Shown here: one piece after another, positions 59,942 to 64,000 of the stretch
Position numbering within the stretch: position 1 is the stretch's first letter
How the letters are laid out: every line of letters begins with the position of its first letter
Source: a virus
Reading direction: 5' to 3' (one strand)
Length of the DNA: 64,000 bases
IMG/VR virus record: IMGVR_UViG_3300022700_000179
Location: 41,714-105,713 of that record
Notes under the pieces: generated by a model
Databases searched by the model: none
Told to the model about the DNA's origin: nothing
What the model saw: the letters and a program-made list of their open reading frames with translations, nothing else
Program-made: the position numbers and the translations under genes

Positions 59942-60524
59942 TCAATCAATGGTTTCTGGTTTCCACCTTTCTAGTACTTCGATCACAACATCTGCAATGG
60001 TTTTGTTGGTATCGTCTCTAGAATTGACTTCAATATACTCTGGACAGTTGATCTCCATCCACGCAGCAATGCGCTTAAACTGCTCTTCATAATAAGTCAG
60101 CAATTGAACTTGATCATCCATGTTAGGTTCTCCTGTAAGGTTAGGGCATACAATAATACCCATCTATCACTGTTATTGATCCAAAGTCTTCTTGGTTAGA
60201 TGGAAAAATGATTGAAAGCCCACAGGTACGATCTCCAAAGTGGTCTTCTAGTGATTTGAGATCTTCTAGGGTTTCTGCCGACACGATCCACGCGTACAGG
60301 TCACCGTCCCATGAACAATTTGGAGCTTCCGCGAATAACCTGTACTCACGGTAACCACAACCAGAGGGATTCCTCGGTCCCTGCAAATCCCGTTCGACGG
60401 ACTCTTTTGAGATGCGAGGGCAGTACGCACTATCGAGAATGAACTTCATGGCTTTGCGCTCCCTTCCTTCAATGATTGTTTCGACGCCAGACAAAACTCC
60501 GCTTCTGCCCTGTAACTTGCCCAA
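59942..60524 (-). CDS. Two small hypothetical ORFs
   Basis: Operon context. Confidence 0.4.
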
Positions 60525-60533
60525 GGTCTCCTT

Positions 60534-61445
60534 TTAAGATTCATCATCGAAGAATACATCCGGAGTAAACAAACTTCGGAATCCGCTGGCTCTCTTATGT
60601 CCCCCTCCACCGAACTTTTTGGCTATTTTGGAGACGTCACACTGCTCTGTGTCTGAACGTAGCTGGTACACGTACTTACCGCTTTTGTCTACGCTATATA
60701 TACATGCGAAGTCAATGTCTTCGTCCCGTATTAGTCTGTGCCCTATATCAGATGCAAACAACGGGGAGTTTACTAGAGCGACCCTTAATATTTTGTCGTC
60801 GGATAAGTAGGTACCTTTACGGTGCAGTGAGAGTAACCAATTTATATCCTGTTTCTGTCGCCGTAGTATAGCTTCGCCTTCTGTAATAATTTCGTCAAAG
60901 TCTGTAGTGCCCTGCACTGACTGATGTGGAAATCTCTGCGCAATTCTATACCAAGCATCGATAGTTTTAGGGAAGCTTCTAAGCCACGCGGTTACCTCTT
61001 CTGTATGCTCCAGTTCATTAGTCCAAAGATCTCTATCTTGTACGTAACGACTTAAAAGGTCTAATCGATCCATTAAATCCGGATCCTTGGATAGTGGTCC
61101 CACCATTTTTGCGTCTTGTGTCACGTAGTCAAACGCCATCCGTGCGCCGCTTCGCTGCATGTCGAAATGTGCGAATGGCAGTCCTTTACATGCCTGCTCC
61201 GCGCTTTTGTGATGGTCTAGTAGAACTAGTTTAGTAGCAAGATCATCTATCCTCTTCAGCACTTCGCGTGGGTAAGAAAAATCCACAATGAAAACTGCGC
61301 GGTTCTCAAATATTTCGTCCGGTGGCACAGCGTCACCATGTTCTGCTGGAATCAACTCGGCTTGCTTGTCAGTAGCAAGCCAGAAGGTCAAGGCCCCACA
61401 AATACCATCTTCGTCATCATGATGCACTATAAGTGGACTACGCAT
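60534..61445 (-). CDS. DHH/DHHA1 phosphoesterase (NrnB/oligoribonuclease-like)
   Basis: H..EDG, IVDFSY, LDHHKS, SGA, QDRDLW, LRS, GGGGH..ASGF. Confidence 0.85.
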   Translation of the reverse strand: MRSPLIVHHDDEDGICGALTFWLATDKQAELIPAEHGDAVPPDEIFENRAVFIVDFSYPREVLKRIDDLATKLVLLDHHKSAEQACKGLPFAHFDMQRSGARMAFDYVTQDAKMVGPLSKDPDLMDRLDLLSRYVQDRDLWTNELEHTEEVTAWLRSFPKTIDAWYRIAQRFPHQSVQGTTDFDEIITEGEAILRRQKQDINWLLSLHRKGTYLSDDKILRVALVNSPLFASDIGHRLIRDEDIDFACIYSVDKSGKYVYQLRSDTEQCDVSKIAKKFGGGGHKRASGFRSLFTPDVFFDDES

Positions 61446-63383
61446 TAGTTCTCTCCTTTAAGTCGAGGTTATTAAACACCCCGTTTCTATCCTTTACCAC
61501 TCTCAGCCTGCCTTTTTCTACTAGGTCTAATATTGCAGTGAACTCGGATGTATGAGTATAGCAAATTGGTCCAGTCCACAAAAGAGTGTCATTCGGTCTT
61601 TGTATAATGACTTTGGTATTGGGTAGCCTTTCAGCTGACGTGCTAGTAGGGAGTGCTACTGCAAAGTCTGCTCGTTCCAACTTTCCGTCAACCTTTTCTT
61701 TGTTGGCTGGGCTACTTAAGTTAATTACTTCCAAGTTTGTGGGCTTTACTCCCATCATTTTTTTTGTTTAGTCGCTCGTTGCGGTAGAGTAAATGTACTT
61801 TTTGATTATTGATCGCTTCAAGCGTCTTTATCCACTCTGGGTTGTTGCTTGGCGTACCCCAAACTAACATTTTCCCCTTTCTGGGTATTTTTGCCTTGTA
61901 AACAGTGATCCTTTTTGGTTGTAGGTTAGACACAGCAAGCGTTACATTAGACCCCCTACCATAGATGGCTGACTTGTCATTAGACGTATATACTTTACGT
62001 ACTACGGGGCGTGGTAGGTCAAGCTCGGCTAACACACCAAAGTCGTCGATCTGCACTTCTATACTTTGTCTTTTGTTGTCTGCCAAAATGTCTTCTACTG
62101 CCATAATAACGTTCTTGGTTAGTGTCCCTCCCAACGCTAAACGACCACCCGGTGCAACTTCAAGATCTGTCAATGGTCCCAACGTATTTATATAGCTGTT
62201 GCAGTCGTATCTTATAGGACCGGATGCGTTACGTAGAACTATGTGTGCTCTTGTATTTATTTGCGTCAGCTCCGTAGGATTACCACAAGAAAATTCGTCA
62301 TTATACGTTTGTATGTACGGTGCGTCTAATCTTCTGTCGAGTGCCTCGGTCTTTCCTTTAACAATAGCTAACTGGCATGTTTTTAGTGCATGACTTAGTC
62401 CATCTGGGTTGTAGTTACTGTAGAAGTATCCTCTTGGTGGTATTAACATATGGGCCAGTTCTATTGACCGACTTTTAGATGGGTTCCAGAATATAAAAGA
62501 ATAATCACCACCGTTTCTATGATCTAGGGTTTGCGTCACAAGAAAGCCCTTAGTTGTGCCGACTTCGGGTTTGTCACCGCTACAGTCTATTGGGGGATCG
62601 TTTTTACGTGTGGCTTTTACGACCGCTTTACTTTCACGCATCTGTACGCCGTCACTTTTGTTTTGTACCGGAATATTGTCTACAGTGGTACCTTCATTGT
62701 TTACGATAAATATTCTACCAGCTCGCACCTCCAGATGAATAGGTACAGTAGATTGCTGCATGGTAAACACATCGATCGTGACGACCAAAAAGTTTTTCGC
62801 ATTATTATTTGGAGGTGGGCCTAAAACTGTTACTGTACCGGGCAAGGTTACCCTCTCTTTACAAAAGTTCACGTACTGATTTTTATCAGACATATTCCAT
62901 TTTTGTAAAGAGTACGAGCAGCACTCAACTGTGTATTCGCGGTAGGTGGGATTGATGGAATGGTCTTGTGAATAGACTACCTTGACGATCATATTTTACC
63001 TGCCTTTCTTGGGGAGGGTATACACCACTCCCATGTCCGTTTGGGAGGGTATAAAACACCGCTCCCCGTATCAACCAACGTGTGGTTCCTTTTACGAGTT
63101 TACAGTTACCTCCTCAAAACATGGAACTTGTTCAGGGTTCGGTGTCAAAATGCACACCGGTAATCTCGTAGGGAAATCTACGGTTGAAGTCGGCGTAGTT
63201 TGTACGACGCGTTCTTACCATTGTTGTGTTACGTGCAATTAACTGAAAAGAAAGGGTCTTTTCCTGATTAATCTCCTCAGTTGGCCATATTGGTAAATAG
63301 TGTGCTGTGTCCCCCTCTACTCTAAATAGAAGAACTAACTCTTGATCGTCATTAGTATATAGCTTATATTTCTGGCTGGTCAA
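61438..63383 (-). CDS. Three hypothetical ORFs (61438..61758, 61721..62992, 63132..63383)
   Basis: Minus-strand ORFs; no recognisable motif. Confidence 0.45.
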
Positions 63384-63394
63384 AACTTTACTCC

Positions 63395-64000
63395 CTATGC
63401 AACGTGGTCTTCTACCTCATACAGAAATCTGGTGCCGGGCAACAGCGCCCTATTGACACTCGTACTTTGAATAAAAGCAGTAAATCCAGCAAGAGGTCCG
63501 GGCCTGAGCTTGACATTCGACCCTTTGTCCATTGGCGGAAGGCCAATCATAGTACGTGCGTCGTTTCCGGAGAACATAGCCCCCGTTTCGTTATCCAGCA
63601 GCACTACTTCTTTATAGGGCTGTACTTCTACTGTTTTGGTAAACTCGTAAAATCCACGACCCTTTGCGAACTTTAGCCCATTAGCCTCTGCGAACTTCTT
63701 TATTGGGGTTTTTTCAGCTACGCTTAGTACCTGAAACCTGCTTGGGTGTACTGGTTCGAGTTTACTGACATCTATATCTGATTTTGCGGACAGTGCCGTA
63801 TACACCCGCTTTGCCGCACTGGACGTGGACCAAGTTTTCCCAATGCTGCGGATCTCACGGGGCTTACGGCCGGCTAGTTTGTCGATGTTGTGGCCTACTA
63901 CATCAGTAAGTCTTCCCTTACGTTCAACCGTCTTCTCAAAAGTAAACAGGGCTTCATCGCTCTTTTGCTTGTAGCAAATAGCCATAATGAGGTCGACGAT
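63395..64000 (-). CDS. C-terminal part of a probable vWA-associated protein (5' end beyond the window)
   Basis: Frame is open to the window edge (IVDLIMAICY). GRGFYEFTK..Q.YKEVVL and FIQSTSVNRAL..GT.FLYEV are recalled as the C-domain of vWA proteins. Confidence 0.5.
   Translation of the reverse strand: MVDLIMAICYKQKSDEALFTFEKTVERKGRLTDVVGHNIDKLAGRKPREIRSIGKTWSTSSAAKRVYTALSAKSDIDVSKLEPVHPSRFQVLSVAEKTPIKKFAEANGLKFAKGRGFYEFTKTVEVQPYKEVVLLDNETGAMFSGNDARTMIGLPPMDKGSNVKLRPGPLAGFTAFIQSTSVNRALLPGTRFLYEVEDHVA

Noticed and set aside
1-64000. Alternative genetic code (TAG/TGA recoding, as in some large phages)
   Set aside because: Core genes (TerL, portal, MCP, ClpP, Tmk) are full length under code 11 and end at TAG/TGA/TAA with the next gene's RBS following.

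Overview
This window looks like a segment of a large tailed dsDNA phage genome, read with the standard genetic code. It has two halves that meet head-to-head at 34056/34057. The + strand half (1-34056) holds the 3' end of a TROVE/Ro60-like gene, a nucleotidyltransferase-like gene, a lytic transglycosylase with a holin candidate, and a head module: terminase large subunit, portal, acidic scaffold-like protein, prohead protease, decoration-like protein and major capsid protein (MCP). From memory the motifs and gene order resemble RSL1/BcepSauron-type jumbo phages; this was not checked by search. About 15 further late ORFs, a sigma70-like protein and a degenerate exonuclease follow. The - strand half (34057-64000) is a dense early/accessory array with HNH, Tmk, an MmcB-like nuclease, ClpP, MazG, a PyrE-like protein, a DHH phosphoesterase and many Zn-ribbon proteins. 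The main observations are: (1) a ~14-aa peptide, P-x-x-I-x-Y-[KRAN]-G-x-x-Y-[VK]-[LRK]-A, in about 20 copies across 12 otherwise unrelated ORFs, all around the head genes, which is a candidate capsid-loading tag on modular cargo proteins; (2) a truncated second MCP homologue, and possibly a tail-tube-like homologue, stranded in the early region as candidate decoys; (3) a CAACATCA element shared by the scaffold, capsid-operon and sigma leaders; (4) a candidate late promoter motif; (5) a tRNA-like RNA with a non-canonical anticodon loop. All family assignments come from motif recognition by eye, without database searches.
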